The notes: generated by a model not told the origin, from the sequence alone. Shown: positions 40,611 to 52,839, numbered from the stretch's first letter. The stretch is DNA of 64,000 nucleotides from Dehalococcoidia bacterium (GCA_963663235.2 CAXXNO010000005.1:96001-160000), one strand, 5' to 3'. Numbers and translations: made by a program.

Positions 40611-41297
40611 TCAATCGGCTGGGGCTCCCCCGGTCAAGTGCCGCAGGAACCAGTCGCGGGCCAGCCCGGCCACCTGTTCAAGCGTACCCGGTTCTTCGAA
40701 GAGATGGCTAGCGCCCGGCACGACAGCCAGCTCCTTCTCGGCCGGCAGCTGCGCCAGCGCCTCGCGGTTGAGCGCCAGCACCGTGGTGTCCAGCCCGCCC
40801 ACGATGAGCAGCGTGGGTGCACGCACGCGCGACAACGCCGCCCCCGCCAGGTCGGGCCGTCCGCCCCGCGACACGACGGCGTCCACCAGCGCTGGCCGCT
40901 CCGCCGCCGCCGCCAGCGCCGCTCCCCCGCCCGTGCTGGTCCCGAACATCCCTACCCGCAACTGGGCCGTCGCCGCGCTCTGCTTCAACCACTCCATCGC
41001 CCCCACCAGCCGCTCCGCGAGCAGATCGATGTCGAGCCGCAATGCGCCTGTCCGCAGATCCACCGCCTCTTCCTCTTCCGTGAGCAGGTCCAAAAGGAGT
41101 GTCGCGAGTCCTGCCTCTCGGAGCACCCCAGCCACATATCGGTTCCGCGGGCTAATGCGGCTGCTGCCACTCCCGTGCGCGAACAGCACCACACCCTGGG
41201 CCTCTGCGGGCACGTGGAGATCGCCGGCCAGCCGCACCCCCGCTGCGGGTACCGTCACCTCTGGCGCCGTCTCCGATCGCACCGGCGTCTTCTCCAT
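40611..41297 (-). CDS. Dienelactone hydrolase-like alpha/beta hydrolase
   Basis: FAHGSGSSR.SPRN, FGTSTG, VSRGGRPDLA, HLFEEPG motifs. Confidence 0.9.
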   Translation of the reverse strand: MEKTPVRSETAPEVTVPAAGVRLAGDLHVPAEAQGVVLFAHGSGSSRISPRNRYVAGVLREAGLATLLLDLLTEEEEAVDLRTGALRLDIDLLAERLVGAMEWLKQSAATAQLRVGMFGTSTGGGAALAAAAERPALVDAVVSRGGRPDLAGAALSRVRAPTLLIVGGLDTTVLALNREALAQLPAEKELAVVPGASHLFEEPGTLEQVAGLARDWFLRHLTGGAPAD

Positions 41298-41860
41298 GCC
41301 GCCCGCCCGCCCGCCGCCGCGCCGCTCGCCCATGTAAAGCCGTTGGCGCTCGGCGCCCACTCACGGCTGCCGCGCGGCCCCTGCGCCCGGCCCTGAGGAA
41401 ACTGTGGTAAACTGGCCCCGTCGCCGATGAAATTCGAACCGGCAACCCAACGCTCGCCGAACGCATTTCGAACGCACGTCTCGTGCCTTGGCCATCCTAC
41501 ATGCCCGTGCGTCGGCTGATCCCGTCAAGCCCGAAGCGGCGCGTTATCCGCTAAGGCGCAACTCTCCGCTGGTGCGGGCTCCGCCTGATCGGGGTCCCAC
41601 GGAGGCGGAAGCGATACAGGAACAAGGGGAGAGTTTGTCTATGCCGCGTATGCGACCCCGCCGTCGCTCTTCGGAGGATCAGCGGAACCCCGACAGCCAG
41701 CCCGCCAACCTGGACCATCGGGTCGGCCACCGCAGCCTGCTTCGAGATGGGATCCCGGCCTTCGCTCGAGCCTCCCACTGGGCGCACAGCCGCCGATCCC
41801 GCCGAGACGCCCCCAAGAACGCTGCCAAAGAACGGCGCTGAGATACCGAGAAACGGCGAA

Positions 41861-43486
<1,626 letters not shown>

Positions 43487-43585
43487 GCGCCGTCCTCGCG
43501 GATCCGGCGCCTCGGCCCCCGTCCCCACGGGGAGTTCCCCTCCCCGGCCGGCCCCCGCCCATCCTCCCCGGCGCCGCTGGCGCCG

Positions 43586-44590
43586 TCAGGCGCGGCCCGC
43601 CAGCCGGTAGGCATCCTCGATCAGCGCCATCGCCCGGGCGCACTCGCGCGCGGGCACCGGGGGCGGCAGTCCCTCGCCGATGCGCTCCAGGCAGTCCTTG
43701 ATGGTCAGGGGATACCCGGGTGCGAAGGTCGACGGTGAGGGCATGACCTCGTCGCGCTCCGGCGTCAGGATGTGCAGTCCGTCCGGCACCAACCGCAGCA
43801 GCGCCTTCTCGCCCGCCACCTTTTGCTCCAGGTCGCTGCTGTTCTTCGGCCACGTGGGCATGGTGTAGCCGACTTCGTTGTGGATGATGATCCCGCTCGG
43901 CGTACGCAGCGTGGCCAGGGCGTAGTCCTCGACCTCCGTGCCATGCACGGCGTTGCTGATCACGGCCGAGATGACCTCAGGCTCTTCGCCCGTGATGAAC
44001 CGGGCGATGTCCATCCCGTGAAACCCCAGGTTCAACAGCGCACCGCCCCCCGCCGCCCGGCGCTCGTACATCCACTCCGATAGCCAATCGCGGTAGCGTT
44101 GCATGGTCGGCCGGATCATCCGAAACACGATGTGCGAGACCGTCCCGAACTCACCCTGCTCCATCATCCGCTTGGCCGTCGTCGCCCAGGGCAGGTACCG
44201 CATCATGAACGGCGCCGCCACCCAGGTGCCCTTCGCCTCCGCGAGGTCCGCCAGGCTCGACACCGTCGCCGCGTCGATGCCCCACGGCTTCTCCATCACA
44301 AACGGGATGCCGGTCTCCACGAGATAGCGGAACGTCGACGGCATATCGACGTGGCGCCCCAGCGCGATCACGAACTCCGGCTGGCTCTCCTCGATCATCC
44401 GTCGGTAGTCGCTGTATGCCCTGCCGCCGTATTCGTCGGCCCGCTGCTGGGCGATGGCGATGTTGCGGTCGGACACCCCCACCACCTCCACCCCCAGCTC
44501 CCCCAGCACGCGGAGGTAAGCGGCGTCGTAGGCCGCGTGCCAGTGGCTCACGTCGATCACGGCCGCCCGTCGTGGTCGCGCCACAGCCAT
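43586..44590 (-). CDS. Gfo/Idh/MocA family oxidoreductase
   Basis: MEKP and GGGALLNLGFHGMD motifs. Confidence 0.88.
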   Translation of the reverse strand: MAVARPRRAAVIDVSHWHAAYDAAYLRVLGELGVEVVGVSDRNIAIAQQRADEYGGRAYSDYRRMIEESQPEFVIALGRHVDMPSTFRYLVETGIPFVMEKPWGIDAATVSSLADLAEAKGTWVAAPFMMRYLPWATTAKRMMEQGEFGTVSHIVFRMIRPTMQRYRDWLSEWMYERRAAGGGALLNLGFHGMDIARFITGEEPEVISAVISNAVHGTEVEDYALATLRTPSGIIIHNEVGYTMPTWPKNSSDLEQKVAGEKALLRLVPDGLHILTPERDEVMPSPSTFAPGYPLTIKDCLERIGEGLPPPVPARECARAMALIEDAYRLAGRA

Positions 44591-44864
44591 CTCCGTTCAC
44601 GCTGCGAGCCCCGGTCGGCTCCCGCCGGAGAATAGCAAGAACGTCGTCGGCCGCCCCCGTCGGACCCCACACGCCGCCATCGCCCGGCGATACCGCTGAG
44701 ACCTTCGCCGCCTTTCCGCTCCTTCTGGGACCCGTCGCTTGCCCCTGCCTTGGTTTCTGCCCCGCCTTATATTCCCGCCGGGTCGCGGTCGGTTTGACCC
44801 AACGACAGCCGCCTTCGTATCGTCAGTTCAGCCACCCTGGACGGTGGCAGGGCGGAGAATCTCG

Positions 44865-45384
44865 ATGCGTGGTCGCCTCCTTGCCCTTTCCGCAATCTCG
44901 ATGCTGGCCGCAGGGCTGTTGATCGCCTGCGGTGGCGACGGTGAAGAAACGGTAACCATCCGCGGCGACGATGGAGAAGACATCCAGGCCACAATCCGCG
45001 TGGAGGGCGACGGTGACGAGGTCACCATCACCAGTGAGGAAGGCGATGTGTTTGCCAGCCTCGGAGGTGATCTCGTCGACGGCTATCCGCAGGAGCTGAT
45101 CTACCCCGGCGCCGAGCTGACCTTCAGCGCCGCGACGGAGGTGGAGGGGAAGCAGCAGTTCGTCGCCTTCTGGGAGACGGACGACGACGCGGACGCCGTC
45201 CTGGACTTCTACGAGCGGGCCTTCGATGCCCTCGGGATCCAGGGCGAGAAGGAGCGCGTGTCGTTTGGCGGGATCGCCACCTTGAACGTCGGACCGGAGG
45301 ATGCCGGCGCCGCGGTCCTCTTCGACGAGGGCTCCGGCGAAAGCGGTGGCAAACGTGGTCACGATCGCCTACTTCGCTGACTAG
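44865..45384 (+). CDS. Hypothetical lipoprotein, probable 1-nt frameshift near the C-terminus
   Basis: LLIAC lipobox; removing one A at ~45351 gives GGNVVTIAYFAD* (TAG 45382-84). Confidence 0.6.
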
Positions 45385-45402
45385 CGCGTCGCTCGCGCCC
45401 CG

Positions 45403-45969
45403 TCAGGTTTGTGTAAGCCGCACCCCTCGACGGCACAGGGGACAGTCGCCCGCCGCGTACGTCTCGATCTCCAACGTCATGCAGGCGTGGAACGGGAGCC
45501 CGAACTCCGTCCGGCCGCCGCTGCGATCCACCACCACCCCCACCCCCACCGCTTCGCCCCCGGCGGCGCGGACCGCCGCCAGCGTCGCTCGCACCGATCC
45601 GCCCGTCGTGAGCACATCGTCGACGACCAACGTGCGTTGGCCACTCTGGAACGTGAATCCCCGCCCAAAGCTCCGGCCGGCGCCCTGCGCGTCACGCTCC
45701 GCGAAGTACGCCTTGGCGCCCAGCGCTCGCGCCGTCTCGTACGCCACGATGATCCCGCCCGTCGTCGGCCCCGCCACCACCTCCACCCTCGCATCGCCGA
45801 ACCGCTCGGCGATCTGCCCGCACAGCCGTGCGGTGACCTCGGGGTTTTCCAGCAGCCGGAACTTCTCGACGTAGACCTCGCCGTGGCGGCCGGACGTGTA
45901 CTGGAAGTGCCCCGTGAGGAGCGCGCCGGCCTCCCGAAGCAGGCGGCTCGCCTCGGCCTCCCGGCTCAC
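45403..45969 (-). CDS. pyrE: Orotate phosphoribosyltransferase
   Basis: GHF.YTSGRH, VVDDVLTTGGS, VDRS motifs; GTG overlaps lepB TGA. Confidence 0.92.
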   Translation of the reverse strand: MSREAEASRLLREAGALLTGHFQYTSGRHGEVYVEKFRLLENPEVTARLCGQIAERFGDARVEVVAGPTTGGIIVAYETARALGAKAYFAERDAQGAGRSFGRGFTFQSGQRTLVVDDVLTTGGSVRATLAAVRAAGGEAVGVGVVVDRSGGRTEFGLPFHACMTLEIETYAAGDCPLCRRGVRLTQT

Positions 45970-46595
45970 GGCGAACGCATCCGCAACGCGGACGGATCCT
46001 CCACGAGTTCGATGTCCTCGCTGCCGCAGCCGCCGATCTGATTGAGCGGCAGCCAGCGGAACCAGCACTTCCCAACGATGAGCCGCTCGTGGATCGGGCC
46101 GAAGCTGCGGGAGTCCAGGCTCGCATTGCGATTGTCGCCGAGTACGTAATAGTGCTCGGGCGGCACGGTCGTGGGCGCCGTATCCCCCACCAGCGGGCCG
46201 TTCGTGAACGCCGTGTCGTCCAGGACCTCGCCGTTGACCAGGACGCTCCCGCTCCGGATCTCCACCACGTCGCCCGGTAACCCGATCACCCGCTTCACGA
46301 AATCCCGCGACAAGTCACTCGGCGACTGGAACACCACGATGTCCCCGCGCCCCGGTCCGCCGAAGAGGAAGTCGCCGTTGCTCTTGCCCGGCGCCAGCGC
46401 GTCCAACGGGCCGATGTCCAGCCGCTTATACGACAGCTTGTTGACCACCACAAAGTCGTTGTCACTCACGGTGGGGACCATGCTGGATCCCTCAACCTGG
46501 AAGTTCTGCATCCCTTCGCGCACCAGCAGGAAGACCAGCAGCGCGAGAATGACGGTCTCGATGATGTCGCGCAGGGGACCGTGACGAAGGTTCAT
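45966..46595 (-). CDS. lepB: Signal peptidase I
   Basis: GSSMVPT, RGDIVVF, FVKRVIGLPGD, GDNRNASLDSR motifs. Confidence 0.95.
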   Translation of the reverse strand: MNLRHGPLRDIIETVILALLVFLLVREGMQNFQVEGSSMVPTVSDNDFVVVNKLSYKRLDIGPLDALAPGKSNGDFLFGGPGRGDIVVFQSPSDLSRDFVKRVIGLPGDVVEIRSGSVLVNGEVLDDTAFTNGPLVGDTAPTTVPPEHYYVLGDNRNASLDSRSFGPIHERLIVGKCWFRWLPLNQIGGCGSEDIELVEDPSALRMRSP

Positions 46596-46835
46596 TGTTG
46601 ACGCCGGAATAGACAGGCGTTGCCAGGGTATGCTCGCCCTTGCGCTGTGCCAACCGCCGGAGCCTCACGCGCCGTGCCCGCGGTCCGCCCGCGTGCGCGG
46701 CGGACGGCGCACCGCTCGGAGCGCTGATACACTCGGCCCGAACTCTCGCAGACCATCGTGGCGATGACGACATCGCCCGGCTGAAACGGACCACTCTCCG
46801 GGGCCTGCTCGCGCGAAAGGCCCGATTGAAAAGAG

Positions 46836-47495
46836 ATGACTGAACGCCAAGGCGATGAGACGCCCCTGAACGACGATGCCCTGGCCACCTTGGCCCAGGC
46901 CGGCGACCTCCCCGCCTTCAACGAGCTCGTCGAGCGCTATCAGCGCTCCGTCTTTGGTCTCTGCCTGCGCATGCTGTCGTCGCCCGCCGCCGCCGAGGAC
47001 GCGGCCCAGGAGACCTTCCTCTCCGCCTGGCGCGGCCTGCGCACGTATCGCGGTGGCTCGTTCCAGGGGTGGATCTTGCGCATCGCGGGGAATCGCTCCC
47101 GCGATGAGTTGCGCCGGCGCAAGCGCCGCCCCGCCGACTCCCTGGACAATCTGATGGAGTGGCAAGGCGAAGCCGCGGCCGGCTCCGCCCCCGGTCGGAC
47201 CCCTGAGCAGGCCGCCTTGGGGGCGGAGACGCTGCGGGCGGTCCAGGCCGGGCTCCAGACCTTGCCCGATGAGCAGCGCCTCGCCGTCCTCCTGTCGGAC
47301 GTCCACGGTCTCTCTTATCAAGAGGTCGCCCGGGCCATGGACACCTCCGTCGGGACCGTCAAATCGCGCATTAGCCGTGGACGGGCGCGCCTCCGCGACT
47401 ACCTCCTCGCACGAAGGGAACTCCCCGGCGGCTCCCGCCGTCTTGCCGAGTATCACCAGCCGCCCGGGCCGTTCCGGGCAAGGAGCGACCAGTGA
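46836..47495 (+). CDS. ECF sigma-70 factor
   Basis: AEDAAQETF, F.GWILRIA.N, LSYQEVA..GTVKSRISRGR motifs. Confidence 0.93.
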   Translation: MTERQGDETPLNDDALATLAQAGDLPAFNELVERYQRSVFGLCLRMLSSPAAAEDAAQETFLSAWRGLRTYRGGSFQGWILRIAGNRSRDELRRRKRRPADSLDNLMEWQGEAAAGSAPGRTPEQAALGAETLRAVQAGLQTLPDEQRLAVLLSDVHGLSYQEVARAMDTSVGTVKSRISRGRARLRDYLLARRELPGGSRRLAEYHQPPGPFRARSDQ

Positions 47496-49030
47496 GAGCT
47501 TGGTGGCCGTGGCGGTCTCGCGTTGGACACGAAGACGCCGCCGCGTTCGTCGATGGGGGACTGCCGCCGCCCAAGCGGGACGCCTTCGCGCACCACCTCG
47601 CCCTTTGCTCCCAATGTCGGACCAGCGTGGAGGAGCATCGCCTCACCAAGGCCCTGCTCGGCGCGCTGCCCCCCGTCGCCCTTCCCCGCAGTTTCATCCT
47701 TACGCCCCAGCGAGCGGCGACGCCTCGGCCCATCCGGCCGGTGCGGGCGCCTCTCTGGCGGGATCTGGCAGGCGCCCGTCTCGCCGTAGCCGTTTCGACC
47801 CTCACCGCGGCGGCCATGCTCGGCGCCGTCCTCGTCGATTTCCGGGACGGCGCCGGCGTGCAGAGCTCGGACGGGGGTGGGGTGAATGCTGCCCAAGCCG
47901 TCGCGCAGTTCGACACGGATCCCGCCCCAGACGCCCCGCCCCAGCCGGTTGCAACATCGCTCGAACTAATCGACTCCGCGCCCGCGCCCGCGCCCCCAAG
48001 CTCGACCGCCCCGGCGGCTGAATCGCTGCCCGATGAGACGGACCTGCCGGTCGCTGCTGCTCCGGAGGAGGCGGACCCGCCACCTGTTGCGGAGTTGGCC
48101 CCCCTGGCCGTACCGGGGGGTGGGGGGGAAAGCGAACGCGATGCGCCTCCGCCCGATCAGTCGACGGAGACGGTGGACGCAGAGGGTACCGTGCTGGTGG
48201 CCGCTGCCGAGCCCGAGCAGAGCCTGCCGCCGTCGGAGGCTCCGGACGCCCAGGCGGGAAGCCCGGAGCCCGAGGATTCGGCCCTCGACCCGGACGCTGC
48301 GGCGGATGGGCAGGACGTCACGGAGCCCGAGGACGCCGCGGAAGCGGCAGACGCCCCGGCGGATGGGGCCCCGCCCGAGACGGACGGCGGTGCCAGCGTC
48401 GCCCAGGAGTTCGAACCCGCCGCGCAGGCGGGTGCCGACGCTGCCCCCTCCGAAACCGCGGAGCCGCCCACGCCGGCTGGCGACGCCGAGGATCTCTCGA
48501 CGGTCACCTCGACATCGGACGCTGAGAATGCGACGGACGCCTCGACGTCCGATGCCCCAACACCTGAGCCCGGCGCTGCCGCTTCCACCGAGCGGGAGCC
48601 GCAGGATACGGCCGTCGCCGCGCCCGACGAGATCGAGGCCGTGGAAGAGGTCGTCGCTGCCGCTGGCCCCGGCGCTTTCGATGAAGCCGCTGACGCCGGC
48701 GATATCGTGCCCGCACTCGATGCCGCGCCCGTCGCGCCGCCATCTGACGAGACGGCGTCCCCCGCGTCCGGCGTCGACGCTGCGCTGCCGGAGGACGCGA
48801 CTTCGGCTGAAGCGCCCCCCGCGGAGGTGCAGCCGCAGGCGGAGGGGCGGCCATCTGCGGTTTCCCTTGAGCCGCAAGGGACGGCTCAAGACCGGGCGCC
48901 GCTGGCGCGGTCTGCCGGCGCGGAGTCGGACCGGCCGTGGCTCCTCCCGCTGGAGATCGCCTTGGGCGTGATCACCGTGCTGGCGCTCGCTCTCGCGCTC
49001 TGGCTGCATCGGCGCGCGCTGCCCGGCTAG
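47492..49030 (+). CDS. Zinc-binding anti-sigma factor with long acidic linker and two TM segments
   Basis: HLALCSQC (HxxxCxxC), TM helix, long Ala/Pro/Asp/Glu-rich region, C-terminal TM; overlaps sigma stop. Confidence 0.8.
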   Translation: MRAWWPWRSRVGHEDAAAFVDGGLPPPKRDAFAHHLALCSQCRTSVEEHRLTKALLGALPPVALPRSFILTPQRAATPRPIRPVRAPLWRDLAGARLAVAVSTLTAAAMLGAVLVDFRDGAGVQSSDGGGVNAAQAVAQFDTDPAPDAPPQPVATSLELIDSAPAPAPPSSTAPAAESLPDETDLPVAAAPEEADPPPVAELAPLAVPGGGGESERDAPPPDQSTETVDAEGTVLVAAAEPEQSLPPSEAPDAQAGSPEPEDSALDPDAAADGQDVTEPEDAAEAADAPADGAPPETDGGASVAQEFEPAAQAGADAAPSETAEPPTPAGDAEDLSTVTSTSDAENATDASTSDAPTPEPGAAASTEREPQDTAVAAPDEIEAVEEVVAAAGPGAFDEAADAGDIVPALDAAPVAPPSDETASPASGVDAALPEDATSAEAPPAEVQPQAEGRPSAVSLEPQGTAQDRAPLARSAGAESDRPWLLPLEIALGVITVLALALALWLHRRALPG

Positions 49031-49112
49031 CGCAATAGCGCAACCGGCGGATAATCACCACGACGCGATGGGTCCGCTCACGCCCGCGATCCGCTTCCGG
49101 AAGGGTCAGCCT

Positions 49113-49868
49113 GTGAATATTCGACTTCGACGCAACGTTCTCGCGCTCGCCCTGCTAGGGCTCGCTGCTGTGGTGGTGGCCGCCGCCTGCACCACGGTCA
49201 AGGAGGTGGGCGGAGACCGCGGTGCGGCGGCGCGCAACATACTCTCGATTAATGGCGAGGGCCGTGTCTCGGGCGCCCCGGACGTCGCGCGGGTCGACCT
49301 AGGGGTCTCGGTGCTCCGCGATACGGTCGCTCAGGCGCAGGACGAGGCCGCCCGCGCGATGGCCGCTGTGCTCGACACTCTGCAAGACAACGGCGTCGAT
49401 GAAGACGACATCAGTACCACATCCTTCAATGTCTTCCCGGAGTTCGATTTCACCGAGCGGGGGCAGACGCTGCGCGGCTTTCGCGTGCTGAACTCCGTCT
49501 CCGTGCTCATCCGCGACATCGATTCCGCCGGCGACGTCATCGACGATGCCATCGCCGCCGCGGGCGACGACGTCGTCGTCAACAGCATCACCTTCACCAT
49601 CGAAGACCCCACGCCCCTCTTGGACCAAGCCCGCGAGCTCGCGGTGGCGGACGCGCGGCGCAAGGCAGAGGCCCTCGCCGGCCTTAACGACGTCAGCCTC
49701 GGCCCCGTCGTCGCCATCTCCGAGAGCGGAGCGCTGCCGTCGGCCTCCGTCGCCTTCGACGGCCGCGGCGCCTTTGCCATCGAGCAGGCGGCATTCGCTC
49801 CCACGCCCATCAGTGGTGGTCAGATTGAAGTCTTTCTCTCCGTCTTCGTGACCTACGCGCTGGAGTGA
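49113..49868 (+). CDS. SIMPL (DUF541) domain lipoprotein
   Basis: GEGRVSGAPDVA, GV..DDI.T, ARELAVADARRKAEALA motifs. Confidence 0.88.
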   Translation: MNIRLRRNVLALALLGLAAVVVAAACTTVKEVGGDRGAAARNILSINGEGRVSGAPDVARVDLGVSVLRDTVAQAQDEAARAMAAVLDTLQDNGVDEDDISTTSFNVFPEFDFTERGQTLRGFRVLNSVSVLIRDIDSAGDVIDDAIAAAGDDVVVNSITFTIEDPTPLLDQARELAVADARRKAEALAGLNDVSLGPVVAISESGALPSASVAFDGRGAFAIEQAAFAPTPISGGQIEVFLSVFVTYALE

Positions 49869-49960
49869 CGCTCAGCGATCCCGCCCCCGTGCGACAATAA
49901 GACCGCCGCAGCCGCTGGCGCCGTTCGGCGCGCCCGCGGCCCGCGGGTCCGGAGGGGGCC

Positions 49961-50545
49961 GTGATCCTGTCCGATCGCGACATCAAGCATGCCCTGACCG
50001 AGGGCCGGATCGCCATCGATCCCGATGACCGGCTGGAGGAGCGCATCGGGCCCGACTCGATCGATTTCCGCCTCGGCGCGACCTTCCTCCTCTTCGAGCG
50101 CAACAGCGAGCCCTTCATTGACGCCCGGCGCCCCGAAACGGCGCAGGGCACCACCCGCCTGGTCACTCTGGAGGAGGGCGAGCCCTTCGTCATCCATCCC
50201 GGCCGCTTGGTCCTGGCGACCACGCTGGAGCGCCTGCGCATCGCGTCCGATCTGGTGGGCCGCCTGGAGGGACGGAGCAGTTTGGGACGGCTGGGGATCA
50301 TCGTCCACAGCACGGCCTCCCTCTTTCATCCCGGCTGGGACGGCCACCCCACCATGGAGCTGGGCAACCTCGGCGTGATGCCCGTGGCCCTCTATCCCGG
50401 GATGCGGGTCTGCGCCTTCACTTTCCAGTTGTTGACCTCCCCGGCCGAGCGTCCATATGGTTGCAGCCCCGCGCACAAGTACGTCGGGCAGGAGGCGTCT
50501 TTGGCCAGCCGGATCTGGGAGGACGAATGGGAGCCGCTGCCGTGA
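49961..50545 (+). CDS. dcd: dCTP deaminase
   Basis: MILSDRDI, DFRLG, LEGRSSLGRLG..VHSTA, GHPTMELGN motifs. Confidence 0.93.
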   Translation: MILSDRDIKHALTEGRIAIDPDDRLEERIGPDSIDFRLGATFLLFERNSEPFIDARRPETAQGTTRLVTLEEGEPFVIHPGRLVLATTLERLRIASDLVGRLEGRSSLGRLGIIVHSTASLFHPGWDGHPTMELGNLGVMPVALYPGMRVCAFTFQLLTSPAERPYGCSPAHKYVGQEASLASRIWEDEWEPLP

Positions 50546-52206
50546 CCGTCTCGACGGCTCCGGACCCGGCTTCGGAGACCTCCGCGCCGATGCTCCGTGC
50601 CCTCACCCTCGCCCGCTCGGTGTTGGGCTCCACCAGTCCCAATCCGGCGGTCGGAGCGGTGCTCGTCCGCCACGGCGCCATCGTGGGTGAGGGTGCTACC
50701 CAGCCGCCCGGCGGCCCGCACGCGGAGGCGGTCGCGATCCGGGCGGCCGGCTCCCAAGCTCGCGGCGCGACTCTCTACGTCACGCTTGAGCCCTGCTCCA
50801 CGCGCGGGCGCACCCCGCCCTGCGTCGACGCTCTCCGCAACGCCGGCATCCGCGAGATCGTCATCGCCTCCGGCGACCCCGACCCGCGCGTCAACGGGGA
50901 CGGCATCGCTCGCCTGCGCGCCGCGGGCCTGGCCGTGCGCCTCGGAGACGGCGCTCCCGAAGCCCGCCGGCACTACGAGGCCTACTCACATCACCGCCGC
51001 ACCGGCCGCCCCTTCGTGATCGCCAAGTTCGCCGCCAGCCTGGATGGGAAGATCGCCGCCGTCAGCGGTGACTCCCGCTGGGTCAGCGGGCCGGAGACCC
51101 GCGCCTGGGCGCACGCCCAGCGCGCCACCGTCGACGCCATTCTGGTCGGCGTCTCCACCGTCCTCATCGACGATCCCGCTCTCACCGCCCGCCCCGACGG
51201 CCGCGCGGGCGGCGCACCGCAGCCCCTCCGCGTTGTGCTGGACAGCACCGGCCGCACGCCCCTGACCGCCCGCCTGCTCCGCGATCAAGACATCGCGCAG
51301 ACCCTGCTGCTCACGACGGCGGCCGCGCCCTCTGACTGGCGCACCCGTATCGAGGCCGCCGGCGCCACGGTGCGCGAGATTCCGGCCGAGGGCGGCCGGG
51401 TGGCGCTGGAGCCCGCGCTGGAAACCTTGGCCGGCGAGTTCGGGGTCGTCTCGCTCCTGGTAGAAGGCGGTGGCGTCGTGCACGGCGCACTGTTTGATCG
51501 CGGGCTCGTGGACAAGGTGCAGGCCGTCATCGCTCCGGTCATCATCGGTGGCGCCGCAGCCGGCGCCGTGGCGGGCGGCGGTGCTCAGCGCATGACCGAT
51601 GCCTTCCGGCTTCACCAAGTCGCCGTCGAGCGCTTGGGCTCGGACGTGTTGATCAGCGGCTACCCGCACCGCAGCCGGCCCTTGCAGGAGGTGACCGTCA
51701 GGCCGGCGGGACTCGCCGACTGCGACGCCGTCCTTGCCCTCATCGATGACCCCGCCCAGCGCGATCTCCTGCAGCCGGCCGTTGCCGCCGCCTTCGCTCG
51801 CCTGGAAAACAATGCCGGCAACGTCTGGATCGCGCACCACGGCGAGGCCACCGTCGGTGCCGTCGCCCTCGCCTACTGCTGGCCGGATGACCCAGTACGC
51901 GCGGACGGCGCCGCGACTGCCGCGATCGATCGCCTCGCCGTGAGTCGAGACTGGCGCAATGAGCCGCTCGCCGGCCGCCTACTGGACGTGGCGGAAGCAT
52001 CGGCCTCTGGGCGGGGCTTCCGCTGGCTCACACTGGAGCTGGAGCCCTCCACCGACGCCACCGCCATCTCCCGCGCCGACTGGACCGCGCGCGGGTATCG
52101 CTACTTCCGCCACTCCCGTCGCGCAACGCCGCTCCTGATTAAGGAACTCGGTGCTCCCGCCCCCGCCGACGCCGACAACGCCGCCGACGCGGCGAGTCCG
52201 GGCTAA
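50542..52206 (+). CDS. ribD: Riboflavin biosynthesis deaminase/reductase with C-terminal GNAT-like domain
   Basis: PNPAVG, HAE, LEPC..GRTPPC, SLDGKIA, VEGGG, then ~175 extra aa (VTVRPA...IDRLAVSRDWR...RLL). Confidence 0.9.
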   Translation: MTVSTAPDPASETSAPMLRALTLARSVLGSTSPNPAVGAVLVRHGAIVGEGATQPPGGPHAEAVAIRAAGSQARGATLYVTLEPCSTRGRTPPCVDALRNAGIREIVIASGDPDPRVNGDGIARLRAAGLAVRLGDGAPEARRHYEAYSHHRRTGRPFVIAKFAASLDGKIAAVSGDSRWVSGPETRAWAHAQRATVDAILVGVSTVLIDDPALTARPDGRAGGAPQPLRVVLDSTGRTPLTARLLRDQDIAQTLLLTTAAAPSDWRTRIEAAGATVREIPAEGGRVALEPALETLAGEFGVVSLLVEGGGVVHGALFDRGLVDKVQAVIAPVIIGGAAAGAVAGGGAQRMTDAFRLHQVAVERLGSDVLISGYPHRSRPLQEVTVRPAGLADCDAVLALIDDPAQRDLLQPAVAAAFARLENNAGNVWIAHHGEATVGAVALAYCWPDDPVRADGAATAAIDRLAVSRDWRNEPLAGRLLDVAEASASGRGFRWLTLELEPSTDATAISRADWTARGYRYFRHSRRATPLLIKELGAPAPADADNAADAASPG

Positions 52207-52212
52207 CGCCGG

Positions 52213-52809
52213 GTGTTCACCGGCATCGTCGAGGAGGTCGGAACGGTGCGGGAGGCGGAGCGCGGCGTCCTTCGCATCGCCGCCCCGCAGATCCTGGCCG
52301 ACGCTCATCTCGGCGATAGCATCGCCATCAACGGCGTGGACCTGACCATCGCGGAGCGGGACGGGGAGACCTTTCTCGCCAACGTGATGCCGGAGACCTA
52401 CCGTCGCAGCAACCTCGAAGCGCTCAACACCGGCGATCGGGTCAACCTGGAGCGCTCCCTCCGGCCAACGGACCGGCTCAGCGGGCACATCGTGCGCGGC
52501 GTGGTGGAGGGCACCGGCGTCCTGCTGGAGCTGCGCCCGGAGGAGGACGCCCTGATTGCGACCTACTCGGCGTCCCCGGAGCTCTTGCGCTTCATGGTGG
52601 TGAAGGGCCCGGTCTGCGTCGATGGCGCCAGCCTCACCATCGTCGCCAAATCGGACACCACCTTCTCTGTTTCGCTGGTGCAATATACTCAGCAGCACAC
52701 CAATCTCACTCAGCGGGAGCCGGGCGATCAGGTCAATCTGGAGACCGATATCCTGGCCCGCTACGTGGGGCAATTGCTGGAGGATCGCGGGCTGGGAGAT
52801 CGCTCCTAG
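52213..52809 (+). CDS. ribE: Riboflavin synthase
   Basis: MFTGIVEE, GDSIAINGV, VNLER, VNLETD motifs. Confidence 0.95.
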   Translation: MFTGIVEEVGTVREAERGVLRIAAPQILADAHLGDSIAINGVDLTIAERDGETFLANVMPETYRRSNLEALNTGDRVNLERSLRPTDRLSGHIVRGVVEGTGVLLELRPEEDALIATYSASPELLRFMVVKGPVCVDGASLTIVAKSDTTFSVSLVQYTQQHTNLTQREPGDQVNLETDILARYVGQLLEDRGLGDRS

Positions 52810-52839
52810 CCGCGCCGTCCCTCGGCGCAGCGGCTGAAC

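Noticed and set aside
41641-41841. Upstream ORF or ncRNA before rpoD
   Set aside because: Has an RBS-like sequence but no motif or clear RNA structure; may be a frameshifted rpoD extension and cannot be resolved
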